A stretch of DNA of 64,000 nucleotides, from assembly GCA_963762305.1 (NCBI GenBank), contig CAVXKM010000001.1, positions 752,316 to 816,315 on the forward strand, in the 5' to 3' direction. Origin of the DNA: an uncultured Spirochaetota bacterium (GTDB lineage Bacteria > Spirochaetota > UBA4802 > UBA5368). The notes below the pieces were generated by a model, which was given only the letters and a program-made list of their open reading frames with translations, had not been told where the DNA came from and did not search any database. The translations under genes were made by a program, and so were the position numbers. Of this stretch, positions 19,143 to 28,985 are shown one piece after another (position 1 is the first letter of the stretch; each line of letters begins with the position of its first letter).

Positions 19143-19727
19143 ATGAATTTATTACGATATATCGGCATCGCGATGGTCGTTGCGGCGGGCCTATTGGCCG
19201 CTTGCGCGACAGGAACGACGAGCGTGGACCCCATGAAGAATTATTCGAAGGCGCTCGGTGAAACGGAGCCGAGGGTCATGGGAACGGTAACCCCCGGTTC
19301 GGCCAGGGAGGCCCAGGCCATTGCTCGGTTCACCGACTTCTACCGGGTTTATTCGGCGGAGGTGATCAAGAGCCGGGTCAGGGAGCTGTACGCCGCGAGC
19401 GCCTATTTCCGGGACCCCTTCAGGGAGGTTATCGGGATAGAAGAGATTGAGCCCTATTTCCTGAGCAGCACCAAGGCCGTTCACCTGTGCACGTTCGATA
19501 TCTCGGAGGTGGCGGTTAAAAACGGCAATTATTACTTCCGCTGGGTAATGAACCTGACCCTCAAGCGGAACATGGAAAAAACACTGCAGGCGGTGGGGAT
19601 GTCCCATGTGAGGTTCGGCCGGGACGGAAAGGTCACCTTCCAGCAGGATTACTGGGACATAAACGTGCTCTACGAGGAGCTCCCGGTGATACGCTACGTC
19701 GTCAAGCGCGTCAAGAAGAGCGTGTAA
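19143..19727 (+). CDS. NTF2/SnoaL-like lipoprotein
   Basis: 194 aa. Signal peptide plus lipobox (LLAAC). Remainder resembles a SnoaL/NTF2-like fold (FYRVYSAEV...YFRDPF...YYFRWVMNL). Confidence 0.6.
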   Translation: MNLLRYIGIAMVVAAGLLAACATGTTSVDPMKNYSKALGETEPRVMGTVTPGSAREAQAIARFTDFYRVYSAEVIKSRVRELYAASAYFRDPFREVIGIEEIEPYFLSSTKAVHLCTFDISEVAVKNGNYYFRWVMNLTLKRNMEKTLQAVGMSHVRFGRDGKVTFQQDYWDINVLYEELPVIRYVVKRVKKSV

Positions 19728-19852
19728 TCCCGCAATGCCCTATGGTGTGGTCCGTCCGGGACCGGGGTGAGACGCGCGTCTGCCGGCGCTCATCAGGACG
19801 GGCGGTGAGGAGAGGTCTTTTAACATATTTATTTCCAATCCGGAGGTGAAAC

Positions 19853-20635
19853 GTGGAGACCGTATACCTTTTGATATATGCGCTTATATTCTCGGCCGTG
19901 CTGCTTTTCAGCCTGTGGGCCGTGTCGGTGCGCAAGAAGGACGCGGGGCTTGTTGACGTGGGGTGGACAGCCGGCGTCGGGGTGCTCGCCGTCGCCTATG
20001 CCGTGGTCAATGAAGGGTGGGTCGTGCGCCAGGCGCTGGTGGCCCTCATGGGCGGAATCTGGGCCTTACGGCTTGCCGGCTACATTGTGAAGGACCGCAT
20101 CGCCGGGAAACCAGAGGACGGCCGCTACAGCGCCCTGCGCAGGAAATGGGGCGGCAAGGCAAACCGGAATTTCTTCTTTTTCTTCATATCCCAGGCCCCC
20201 CTCATCGTGATCTTTTCAATCCCCTTCCTGGTGGCCACGAGGCATGCCGACCCGGTCTTCCGGATCACTGATGCCCTGGGCCTGGCGCTGTGGGCAATCT
20301 CGATCGGCGGCGAATCGATCGCCGACCGGCAGCTGGCCCGTTTTCGCAGAGACCCCGCAAACAGGGGCAAAACCTGCAGGGCGGGGCTCTGGAGGTATTC
20401 GCGGCATCCCAATTACTTCTTCGAGTGGCTGCACTGGTGGTCCTACGTGCTCGTCGGGGCGGGCGCTCCCTACGGATGGCTCACGCTGGTGGGCCCTGTC
20501 GTGATGTTCCTCTTTCTTTTCAAGGTGACCGGGATCCCGCACACCGAAAGACAGGCGCTCCGCTCGCGCGGCGACGACTACCGGGAGTACCAGCGCACCA
20601 CAAGCATGTTCATCCCCTGGTTCCCCCGGAAGTAG
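19853..20635 (+). CDS. DUF1295 family membrane protein (steroid 5-alpha-reductase/ICMT-like fold)
   Basis: 260 aa, GTG start, multi-TM. GLWRYSRHPNYFFEWLHWWSY is the hallmark DUF1295 motif. Confidence 0.75.
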   Translation: METVYLLIYALIFSAVLLFSLWAVSVRKKDAGLVDVGWTAGVGVLAVAYAVVNEGWVVRQALVALMGGIWALRLAGYIVKDRIAGKPEDGRYSALRRKWGGKANRNFFFFFISQAPLIVIFSIPFLVATRHADPVFRITDALGLALWAISIGGESIADRQLARFRRDPANRGKTCRAGLWRYSRHPNYFFEWLHWWSYVLVGAGAPYGWLTLVGPVVMFLFLFKVTGIPHTERQALRSRGDDYREYQRTTSMFIPWFPRK

Positions 20636-20692
20636 CGGCGTCCCCGGGCGTCCCGTGCCGCGGTTCACGGTCCCGGGGATTTCCCTTCTCAG

Positions 20693-22117
20693 TCAGGCGA
20701 GATCGAGCACCCTGTAGTAGGCCATCACGCCTTTGATGCCCAGGGTCTTGACCGGCTCGGGTGGAACGAAGGGCAGGGTGTGGTTATAGAACGGGGTCTG
20801 CTCCCATTTCCCGGTTTTCCCCGCGTGCAGGTCCGCGATGATTTTCCCGAACAGGAATGACAGGTTCACCCCGTGGGCGCAGTAGGAAAGGCCGTAGTAG
20901 ATGTTGCGACGCTTTCCCGTTACCCCCACGGACTGGGTGAAATCGAGGGACATCCCCAGGATTCCGTTCCAGAGATATTCGAACTCGACGCCCGAGAGGC
21001 GTGGATATACGCGCGCGAGCTCCTTCTTGAATTCCGCCTCCACTGACCGGCGGTCGGCCTCGAACCCCGTCCCATTGTTGAAGAAGTAGTACGCGCTGCC
21101 GCCGGCGATGAATATCCTGTTGTCCGTGGTGCTGCCAAGGTGGTAGAGGTAGTTCCGGCTGTCGGCGAAGGGGACGCGGCTCCGCCAGCCGATCTCCCTG
21201 AACACCGATTCAGGGAGGGGCCTGCTCACGGCCATGTTCGTGTGCATGGTGACGACCCGGTTCGCGAAATACCCGAGCTTGGACACGTATCCGTTGACGG
21301 CGAGCACCAGGGCCGCCGCCTTCACCGCGTTTGCGCCCTTTCCCGCGGTGAGGCGTATCACCTCGCCCTCGTCCACCGCCGTGACCGGCGTCTCCTCGAA
21401 GATGATGACGCCGGAATCCTCCGCCGCCCTCTTCAGGGCGTGTATGAGCTTCAATGGATGCATTTCCCAGACCCGGGGATCATAGAGCGCGCCGAAGTAA
21501 ACCGCCGTGCCTATCCCGCGCGCGAGGCGATCGCGGTCCCAGAATTCGATGGGAAGGTTGAGACGCCGTGCCGTCTCCGCGAAATCCATGAATTCTTTCA
21601 CGTGCTCTTCCCTGAAGGCCACATAAAGCGTCCCCCGGTGCCGGATTTCGCCGCCGAAACCGTGCCGCCGCACCAGGGCCTCCAGCTCGTCCATGCTCTC
21701 GATGGTCAGCCCGTCGGTGAGGAGGTGGGTGCGTTCGTCGGTGCCCACCCTGAAATGCTCGCTCGCCGGCTGCGGCCCCACGAGCCCGCCGTTCCGTCCT
21801 GACCCGCCGTGGCCCACCCGCCGCGCCTCGAGAAGCACAACGGATTTTCCGGGAAACAGTTTCTTCATGTGGTAGGCCGCGGAAAGGCCGGTGTACCCTC
21901 CGCCTATCACGGCCACATCGGCCTCGATGTCGCGGTCCAGGGACGGGCTCCTGGGTATGCGGTGCAGGGCCCAGAAGCTCTCGTTGTCCTCGAAGACCGT
22001 CCTTTCCTTCACCAGGGCCGGTACGACAAGTTCCGCGGCGATTCCCGCCGCGGCTATTCCACCGGCGGTCACGGCGCATTTTTTCAGCAAGCCTCTGCGC
22101 GTGGACTTTTCATTCAT
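20693..22117 (-). CDS. FAD-dependent oxidoreductase (DAO family) with Tat signal
   Basis: ATG 22117 gives MNEKSTRRGLLKKCAVTAGGIAAAG (twin-arginine). VAVIGGGYTGLSAAYH is the dinucleotide fold. The longer ORF to 22228 is unlikely. Confidence 0.8.
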   Translation of the reverse strand: MNEKSTRRGLLKKCAVTAGGIAAAGIAAELVVPALVKERTVFEDNESFWALHRIPRSPSLDRDIEADVAVIGGGYTGLSAAYHMKKLFPGKSVVLLEARRVGHGGSGRNGGLVGPQPASEHFRVGTDERTHLLTDGLTIESMDELEALVRRHGFGGEIRHRGTLYVAFREEHVKEFMDFAETARRLNLPIEFWDRDRLARGIGTAVYFGALYDPRVWEMHPLKLIHALKRAAEDSGVIIFEETPVTAVDEGEVIRLTAGKGANAVKAAALVLAVNGYVSKLGYFANRVVTMHTNMAVSRPLPESVFREIGWRSRVPFADSRNYLYHLGSTTDNRIFIAGGSAYYFFNNGTGFEADRRSVEAEFKKELARVYPRLSGVEFEYLWNGILGMSLDFTQSVGVTGKRRNIYYGLSYCAHGVNLSFLFGKIIADLHAGKTGKWEQTPFYNHTLPFVPPEPVKTLGIKGVMAYYRVLDLA

Positions 22118-22247
22118 GATTGCACCTAGCATCACGTACATGGGATGGCGGAAGGAGGAGAATATCCGATTTCCTGAATTTTTCAAGAAATCATGTCCCG
22201 GCTTCGCGGAACGGCCGGGACCGTGCATCTCCGGGGAGCGATTGTCT

Positions 22248-23831
22248 TTATTCGCCTGTTTTCTCGAAATCCTCCCTGAGCTTCGATTTCATTATCTTCC
22301 CCACGGGGGTCATCGGGAGGCTGGTGCGGAAGACGATCTGCCGGGGGATTTTATAGTCCGCCAGGTGCTGTTTGCAGTAGCCGAGGATCTCCTCCTTCGT
22401 GGGTTCGGTCCCCGGCCGGGGCACTATGTAATACCTGCCGACCTCGCCGAGGACCCGGTCGGGGATGCCGATGCCGGCCGCCATGGCGACGGCGGGGTGC
22501 TTGGTGAGCAGGTTCTCGACCTCTACCGGGTACACGTTGAATCCCCCCTGGATGTACATCTCCTTCTTGCGGCCCATGAGGATGATGTACCCCTCGTCGT
22601 CGAGGTACCCCATGTCGCCGGTGTGCAGCCAGCCGTCCCGGTCAAAGCTTTCCGCCGTCTCTTCCGGCATGCGGAAATAGCCGCGGCACACAGCGTCGCC
22701 CTTGAACAGGAGCTCGCCCGTCTCGTCCGCCGGCGCCTCCTTTCCGCCGGCATCGATCACCTTGACCTCGAAGTCGCCGATGGGCTTCCCGATGGAGCGG
22801 ACGGTCTGCTCGAAACTGCACTCCCAGGGGCTCAGCACCAGGGCGCCCGATGATTCGCTGAGCCCGTAGAGGTTCATCACGGTCGCGTTGGGGAACGAGT
22901 CCATGATCTGCTTCAGGAGGGCCGGCTCTACGTTGGAGCCGCCCACGATCGCGATGCGCAGCGAGCTCCGGTCGAGGGTCTTGAAGCCCTCGGTCATGAA
23001 CAGGAGTGTGTACAGGGTGGGGACGAAACCAACCACCGTGGGGCGGTAGGTGTTCCACTGCTGCACGAGATCGTTCATGTCCGGCAGGGGGATCAGAACG
23101 GCGGGCTTCATGCCGAGCAGGCAGGTGAGTATCCCGCAGGAGATCCCGCCGACGTGGTTCAGCGGCAGTATGAGGAGCATGAGGTCGTCCGTTCTAAACC
23201 TGACGTGCGCCGCTTGGGCCCCGGCCGAGGCGAGCTGGCTTTTGTGGGAGATGGCCGCGCCCTTCGGCTTTCCGGTGGTGCCCGAGGTGTAGATGATGAT
23301 CACGAGGTCATCGGGCTGCACCGCGGCCTTCGCCCCGCCCAGCGCTTTTTCGTCAATACCGCCCTCCAGGAGCTCGCTGAAAGAGCGGCTCCCGGTGAAC
23401 CCCCCGCCGCCGATGAAGATAAAGTCCTTCACCGAGGGTATTTTTCCGCGAAAGCCGTCGAAGAACTTCACGTAGTCCATGTCCATGAAGGCCGGGAGCG
23501 TGATTATCCCCCGCGCCCCGCTCTGGTTGAGCATGTAGTCGAGCTCCATGTCGCGGTACCGGACGTTGAGCGCGACGATGGTAACCCCGATCTTCGCGGC
23601 GGCGAAGTAGGTGTAGAGCCACTCCGGCTGGGTGAGGCCGATGATGCCGAGGCGGTCTCCCCTCGAGAATCCGAGCCCGAGCAGGCCGGATGCCACCCGG
23701 TCCGATCGTTCGTTCACGTCCCGGAAGCTTATCTCCTCGCCCCGGTAGATGTACATCCTGTCGGCGCCCTTGTGGGCCGCCGCCTGCTGGAGGGCCTCCC
23801 CGATGGTGTGGGATGTTATTATTTTTTCCAT
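22248..23831 (-). CDS. AMP-dependent acyl-CoA synthetase/ligase
   Basis: 527 aa. YTSGTTGKPKGA AMP-binding motif, GWLHTGDMGYLDDEGY, PMTPVGKIMK. Confidence 0.9.
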   Translation of the reverse strand: MEKIITSHTIGEALQQAAAHKGADRMYIYRGEEISFRDVNERSDRVASGLLGLGFSRGDRLGIIGLTQPEWLYTYFAAAKIGVTIVALNVRYRDMELDYMLNQSGARGIITLPAFMDMDYVKFFDGFRGKIPSVKDFIFIGGGGFTGSRSFSELLEGGIDEKALGGAKAAVQPDDLVIIIYTSGTTGKPKGAAISHKSQLASAGAQAAHVRFRTDDLMLLILPLNHVGGISCGILTCLLGMKPAVLIPLPDMNDLVQQWNTYRPTVVGFVPTLYTLLFMTEGFKTLDRSSLRIAIVGGSNVEPALLKQIMDSFPNATVMNLYGLSESSGALVLSPWECSFEQTVRSIGKPIGDFEVKVIDAGGKEAPADETGELLFKGDAVCRGYFRMPEETAESFDRDGWLHTGDMGYLDDEGYIILMGRKKEMYIQGGFNVYPVEVENLLTKHPAVAMAAGIGIPDRVLGEVGRYYIVPRPGTEPTKEEILGYCKQHLADYKIPRQIVFRTSLPMTPVGKIMKSKLREDFEKTGE

Positions 23832-24050
23832 GGACCCCTTCCTCCTTCATCGCATACCATGATTCTACCGGTTTGTAGCGCGGAAGTCAAGCACGGCGGG
23901 TTCGGCCACGCTTGTGCGCATGCCGCGCGCGGCTTCCCGTGAAGGCGAGGCCCGGTCCTCGATTGATAAGGGCCAGAAAAAAGGCTTGTAATAATGGCTT
24001 CCCCATGCCTACGCTAATGAGAGATTAATCAAAAGGAGGTTTTATACCGC

Positions 24051-24263
24051 ATGAAAAAGATCGTGATGTTCGCCCTGATACTCTCGCTCGCGGGCGTCGC
24101 CCCGATGCTCGCCCAGATGGACGCAAAGAAGATCGCGTGCGAGGCCGGGTGCAAGAAGACGTATGACGACTGCATGGCCAAGGCGGGAAACGACTTTTTG
24201 AAGAAAACCGGCTGCGAAGAAGCCAACAAGAGCTGCCTTAAAAAGTGCAAGGAGGCGAAGTAG
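24051..24263 (+). CDS. Small secreted Lys-rich protein with mirror-symmetric six-Cys ladder
   Basis: 70 aa. GGAGG RBS and signal peptide MKKIVMFALILSLAGVAPMLAQ. Mature 48 aa with C-x3-C-x6-C-x13-C-x6-C-x3-C. Confidence 0.55.
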   Translation: MKKIVMFALILSLAGVAPMLAQMDAKKIACEAGCKKTYDDCMAKAGNDFLKKTGCEEANKSCLKKCKEAK

Positions 24264-24359
24264 GCGAATGGCGGTCCCCGGAAGTCCCGCCGCTGCGGAG
24301 GGGAAACACGGGACATCACGGGCAGTATGGGCAGTGTTGCCTGCCATCTGGAGAATGAG

Positions 24360-24734
24360 ATGGATGCGAAGGAACGCTCGGCGCTGATACGCCAGGGAAA
24401 CGAGTATTTCAACAAGGGCCAGGTGAAGAAGGCCATCGAGATCTTCGTTAAGACAAGCTATAAAGACGGCCTTACGAGGGTGGGGGACTATTATTACTTC
24501 GACAACAAGCAGCCCCTCATCGCCGTGAAATTTTACAGGCTGGCCGGGAGAACCGAGCGGGTGGAGGAGATATATGCCCGCATGGTGATGGCGCTGGGTC
24601 AATGGCTCGCGGAGGATGGCGCCGGAAAACCCGGTCCGCGTGTAAACCTTCCGCCCCTGAAGGTGTCGCCGAAGCTTAAAATCCTCGCCCAGGAGATACT
24701 CAAGAGGGGACAGGAAACAGACAAGGGCGCATGA
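24360..24734 (+). CDS. Hypothetical TPR/Sel1-like repeat protein
   Basis: ORF 24327..24734. ATG 24360 lies 6 nt after GGAG. GNEYFNKGQVKKAIEIF and GDYYYFDNKQPLIAVKFYRLAG look like helical repeats. Confidence 0.45.
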   Translation: MDAKERSALIRQGNEYFNKGQVKKAIEIFVKTSYKDGLTRVGDYYYFDNKQPLIAVKFYRLAGRTERVEEIYARMVMALGQWLAEDGAGKPGPRVNLPPLKVSPKLKILAQEILKRGQETDKGA

Positions 24735-24792
24735 CGGCGTGAATCGCCCTGTCGGTGTCTTGCCGCGGCCCGGTCCGTGTCATCATTTCTCA

Positions 24793-24821
24793 CCCCTCCC
24801 CGCCGCGGCGCCGGGGAGGGG
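24793..24821 (+). terminator. Strong GC hairpin downstream of 24734 (CCCCTCCCCG-9 nt-CGGGGAGGGG)
   Basis: Perfect 10-bp stem at 24793..24802 / 24812..24821. No T-tract follows, so a terminator role is plausible but unproven. Confidence 0.3.
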
Positions 24822-24926
24822 GCCGGGTGTCTCAACCGATGGGCGTGACCTTTAAAAAGGCTGCGGAGGCCTACACGGCCAAAAGCCCCTCTTCCATCCG
24901 AGGGCATGAGCCCCCTCGCTTTTATC

Positions 24927-24955
24927 TTGACATCTTTTAATTTTTGTTGTACAGT
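24927..24955 (+). promoter_or_regulatory. Candidate sigma-70 promoter (TTGACA-17 nt-TACAGT) for the acylase gene
   Basis: Consensus -35 TTGACA at 24927..24932, a 17-nt AT-rich spacer, and TACAGT at 24950..24955, about 100 nt upstream of ATG 25055. Confidence 0.4.
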
Positions 24956-25054
24956 AATCTACCGTAATTTCGAGTCTCCCGCTCGTTGACGTTCGAAGGG
25001 GGAGAGGTCGATTGAGGGTGTTCTTTCCAGGAAGGATCGTTCCGGAGCGTATCT

Positions 25055-27223
25055 ATGAGATTGAAAAGACAGGAAGTGATACTGAAGGGCGCGGACGGCG
25101 ACATCCGCGTGAAACGGAACCAGCACGGCATTCCGGAGATCAGCGCCGCCAGCCACCGCGACCTGGCCTGCGGCCTGGGATGGGTGCACGGCAACGACCG
25201 CCAGCTTCAGGTTTTGCTCACCAGGATATTGCTCCAGGGGAAGGCCGCGGAGGTGCTGGCCGGGGAGCCGGCCCTCGTCGAGATCGACCGCTTCATGCGC
25301 AGGATGAATTTTCTTCCCGACGCGGAGAAACAGATCAAAAGGCTTGAACCCCCGGTGAAGGAACAGCTGGCCGCTTACGCCGACGGCTTCAACCGGTTCC
25401 TGGAGGAGCACGGCCCGGTGTGGGAGTTCAGGCTCCTCGGCCACCGGCCGGAGCGCTGGGAGATCAAGGACTCGCTCGTCATAGGCAAGATCTTCGGGTA
25501 CCTGGGCCTGGCGGACGTGCAGGGCACCATGGAAAAGCTGCTCGTCCAGATGATTCAAAACGACATCGACGACGGGAAGATAAGGGAGATCTTCCCATAC
25601 CTGACGGACAGGATCGACCGGGAGCTTCTGAAAAAAATCACCCTCTCTCCTCCCATCGTTCCGGCAACGGCGCGGTGGCTCTCCGCGCTTCCCCGGTTCA
25701 TCGCCAGCAACAACTGGGTGGTTTCCGGCAGGCTCACGGAGTCGGGGAAACCAATGCTGTGCAATGACCCCCACCTGGAGGTCAACCGCCTCCCCTCGGT
25801 GTGGATGGAGACCGTCATGAGGCTGCCCGACAATGTCCTGGTCGGCGCGGGCATTCCCGGGGTCCCGGGACTCGCGCTCGGGCGCACCAGGCACCTCGCG
25901 TGGGGAGCAACGCACGCGTTCATGGACATGATCGATTTCAGGATTGAGCACTGTAAAAACGGGAAATACCGGCGCGGAAACAAGTGGGAACCCTTTCGCG
26001 TGAGGGAAGAGGTCATACGGGTAAAGAAGGGGCAAAGCATCACCGAGACAATTTATGAAAACGAGCTCGGCCTCCTGGAGGGCGAACCGAACGCCGAGGG
26101 GCACCGCCTGGTCATGTGCTGGTCGGCCGCGCGGGATTGCGTGGCGGGGGAGTTCAACGCCCTTCTAAATCTCGCCAGCGCCAAGACGGTGCGCGAGGGA
26201 ATGGAGCAGTTGAGAAAAATGGACTCCTCCGGCTTCAACTGGGTCCTCGCCGACGCTAGGGGCAACATAGGATACCAGATGAGCGGGCGGTTCTTCAACC
26301 GGCCGCGAGGGACCAGCGGCCTCCTGCCCGTTCCCGCCTGGGACAAGCGGTACAACTGGAAGGGGTACGTGAAAAAAACGCTCCTGCCCGCGCTGTACAA
26401 TCCCCGCGACGGGATCATCGTGACGGCAAACCAGGACCTGAACCACCTGGGGAAATCACGGCCCATCAACCTCTGCATGGCGGGGTACAGGGCCGAGCGC
26501 ATCCTCCAGCTCCTGATGAGGAAAAAGAAGCTGAAGGTGGAACACATGAAGCGCATGCATTTCGACCTCTACTCCCTGCAGGCCCAGCGGTTCATGAAGG
26601 TGATAAAGCCGCTTCTGCCGCGCACGGAGAACGGCAGGATACTCAAGGAATGGGATTTCACCTACCGGCCCGACTCAAGGGGCGCCATGCTCTTCGAGTC
26701 GGTGTACATGGCGCTCATTCGAGTCGTGTTCGGCGACAACGGCCTGGGGCGGGACACGGTGGAGCATCTGATGAAGGAGACGAGCCTCCTGAACGATTTT
26801 TACGGGAATTTCGACGCGATCCTATTGAAGAAAAAGTCGGCATGGTTCCAGGACAGGCCCCAGGACGAACTGTTCCGCAAGGCCATCGAGGAGGGCCTCC
26901 GCGTCAAGGCGGTTCCCTACGGGAAGACCCGGCGCATCATGCTCTCGCACCTCCTTTTCGGCGGGAAGCTGCCCGGGTTGATGGGGTTCGATTTCGGCCC
27001 CATCGAGCTGCCCGGCGGCCGGGCGACCATTCCGCAGGGGCAGATTTTCAAGACGGCCGGCAGGGTCACCTCGTTCAGCCCGTCGTACAGGATGATCATC
27101 GACATGGCCGCCGGCGAGATCCACACCACGCTCGCGGGGGGGCCTTCCGACAGGCGGTTCTCGCCGTGGTATGTCAATGACGTGATCAACTGGATGAAGG
27201 GTGCCTACAAGGTGCTCCGGTAG
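25055..27223 (+). CDS. Penicillin acylase family (peptidase S45, Ntn-hydrolase) protein
   Basis: 722 aa. RNQHGIPEI, GWVHGNDRQLQ, the nucleophile context ASNNWVVSG, and LCNDPHL. Confidence 0.85.
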   Translation: MRLKRQEVILKGADGDIRVKRNQHGIPEISAASHRDLACGLGWVHGNDRQLQVLLTRILLQGKAAEVLAGEPALVEIDRFMRRMNFLPDAEKQIKRLEPPVKEQLAAYADGFNRFLEEHGPVWEFRLLGHRPERWEIKDSLVIGKIFGYLGLADVQGTMEKLLVQMIQNDIDDGKIREIFPYLTDRIDRELLKKITLSPPIVPATARWLSALPRFIASNNWVVSGRLTESGKPMLCNDPHLEVNRLPSVWMETVMRLPDNVLVGAGIPGVPGLALGRTRHLAWGATHAFMDMIDFRIEHCKNGKYRRGNKWEPFRVREEVIRVKKGQSITETIYENELGLLEGEPNAEGHRLVMCWSAARDCVAGEFNALLNLASAKTVREGMEQLRKMDSSGFNWVLADARGNIGYQMSGRFFNRPRGTSGLLPVPAWDKRYNWKGYVKKTLLPALYNPRDGIIVTANQDLNHLGKSRPINLCMAGYRAERILQLLMRKKKLKVEHMKRMHFDLYSLQAQRFMKVIKPLLPRTENGRILKEWDFTYRPDSRGAMLFESVYMALIRVVFGDNGLGRDTVEHLMKETSLLNDFYGNFDAILLKKKSAWFQDRPQDELFRKAIEEGLRVKAVPYGKTRRIMLSHLLFGGKLPGLMGFDFGPIELPGGRATIPQGQIFKTAGRVTSFSPSYRMIIDMAAGEIHTTLAGGPSDRRFSPWYVNDVINWMKGAYKVLR

Positions 27224-27457
27224 AGGTTCCCTCGCGGATTCCGCCGCCGCCTTGAGGTTTTTAAAAGGAAATCTCGGTGCCAGCGGAGCGGATCGGTTTT
27301 CCGTTCCCGCGGACGGCGCGGGAGCGGCCCGGGAGGCGTTGCTTTTTAAAAAAGATTTATGTTTGCCTTTATAAACGGGGTCGTATTTTCTCTGTCCCGT
27401 TGTAACCGTTCACGGACTGTGATGTCCCCGACGAATATTACCCCGGAGGAGCGGCGG

Positions 27458-28969
27458 ATGTTTCGAAATGTCAGGGCGCCGGCGGTTTTGCTTTTATTGG
27501 CGCTGCTCGGCGCGGGTCCCGTCCCGCCGGGTCCGCTGGCGAAACTGCAGGAGAGCATCCTGTACAGGAAGCTGCCGAACGGCATCTCCGTCATCCTCCT
27601 CAACCGCGGCTACACTCCCACGCTCGCCCTCGTGATCTCTTTTCGGGCGGGTTCCTCCGATGAAAGCTACGACACGATCGGGGCCGCTCATCTGCTGGAG
27701 CACATGCTCTTCAAGGGGACCGACAAGATAGGCACCAGGGATTTCATCCGCGAAAAAAAGCTCCTGGATCAGATCGAGAAGATCGGCGAATCCCTTGACC
27801 GGCTGGCGATTTCCAACCCGGGGGACAAGCGTATTCCCGGACTGCAGAAGCAGCTGAAAAAGCTCCAGGACGAGGCGGCCAAATTCGTGGTGGCCTCTCC
27901 CTACGACAGGCTTTACACCTCCAACGGGGCGGTGGGTTTCAACGCCTCAACGTCCAGGGACATGACCGAATACTTCGTGGAATTGCCCGCGTCGAAACTG
28001 GAGCTGTGGGCCCGGACCGAGTCGGAACGGCTGAGGAACCCGGTCTTGCGCGAGTTCTACCAGGAGCGAAAGACGGTGGTGGAGGAAAGGATGATGCGTT
28101 ACGACTCGAAGGGGACTGAGAGCCTTTTCGAGATGTTCATCGCCGCGGCCTTCATGGCCCATCCCTACCGCCATCCCATTATCGGGTGGGGCTCGAATGT
28201 CGGGTATCTCTCGCTGGGAGAGGTGAGGGAGTTCTACAGGGCCCACTACACTCCGTCGCGCATGACCATCACCGTCGTGGGGAAGCAGAACCCGGAAGAG
28301 ACCCTGGCCGTCATCGAAAAGTATTTCGGGAAGATGGAGGGAAAAGACGGCAGCCGCCCCGTGGCCATCCGCGAACCCCTTCATCGCGGCGAACGGAGGG
28401 TGGACCTCGTGTTCGACGCCAATCCCTTCCTCCTGGTGGGGTGGAACAAGCCCACCTATCCTTCCCGTGACGACTATGTCTGCGACATCATCGCGGGCGT
28501 TCTCGCGGACGGGAAGACCTCCCGTCTTTACCGGTCGCTGGTGCTGGAAAAAAAGATCGCCGCTTCCGTGGACGCGTATAACGGGTTCCCGGGGTCCAGG
28601 TACGACAATCTCTTCGTCATCGCCATTTCCCCCATGGACCCCCACACGCCGCAGGAGGTAGAGGCGGCCGTCTACGAAGAGATCTCGCGGCTGAGAAACG
28701 ACGTGTCGCCGGAGGAAATAAACAGGGTCATCAACAGGACCGAGTCGTCTCTCATCCTTGGCCTGGACTCGAATGAGGGTCTTTCCCAAGCCCTCAGCTA
28801 TTACCAGACCGTGTTCGGCGACTGGAAATACCTGGTGCGCTACCTGGAGGACGTCAGGGGAGTGGCGGCTGGGGACGTGGCGGCGGTGCTGGACCGGTAT
28901 TTCACGAAGGAAAACCGCACGGTAGGCACACTTCTGAAAAAAGAGAAAAAGGTGGTGCCCGTCCGATGA
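27458..28969 (+). CDS. M16 family zinc peptidase (insulinase-like, active subunit)
   Basis: ORF 27359..28969. ATG 27458 gives signal-like MFRNVRAPAVLLLLALLGAG. HxxEH zinc motif in GAAHLLEHMLFKGT. Start is uncertain. Confidence 0.8.
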   Translation: MFRNVRAPAVLLLLALLGAGPVPPGPLAKLQESILYRKLPNGISVILLNRGYTPTLALVISFRAGSSDESYDTIGAAHLLEHMLFKGTDKIGTRDFIREKKLLDQIEKIGESLDRLAISNPGDKRIPGLQKQLKKLQDEAAKFVVASPYDRLYTSNGAVGFNASTSRDMTEYFVELPASKLELWARTESERLRNPVLREFYQERKTVVEERMMRYDSKGTESLFEMFIAAAFMAHPYRHPIIGWGSNVGYLSLGEVREFYRAHYTPSRMTITVVGKQNPEETLAVIEKYFGKMEGKDGSRPVAIREPLHRGERRVDLVFDANPFLLVGWNKPTYPSRDDYVCDIIAGVLADGKTSRLYRSLVLEKKIAASVDAYNGFPGSRYDNLFVIAISPMDPHTPQEVEAAVYEEISRLRNDVSPEEINRVINRTESSLILGLDSNEGLSQALSYYQTVFGDWKYLVRYLEDVRGVAAGDVAAVLDRYFTKENRTVGTLLKKEKKVVPVR

Positions 28970-28985
28970 CCGCGCGAACCAGGAG

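Noticed and set aside
23995-24009. Sigma-54 promoter-like TGGCTTCCCCATGCC upstream of the small Cys-ladder gene
   Set aside because: The GG and GC elements are spaced one nucleotide short of the GG-N10-GC consensus, and the TTGC element is imperfect. I found no convincing -24/-12 promoter elsewhere by eye.
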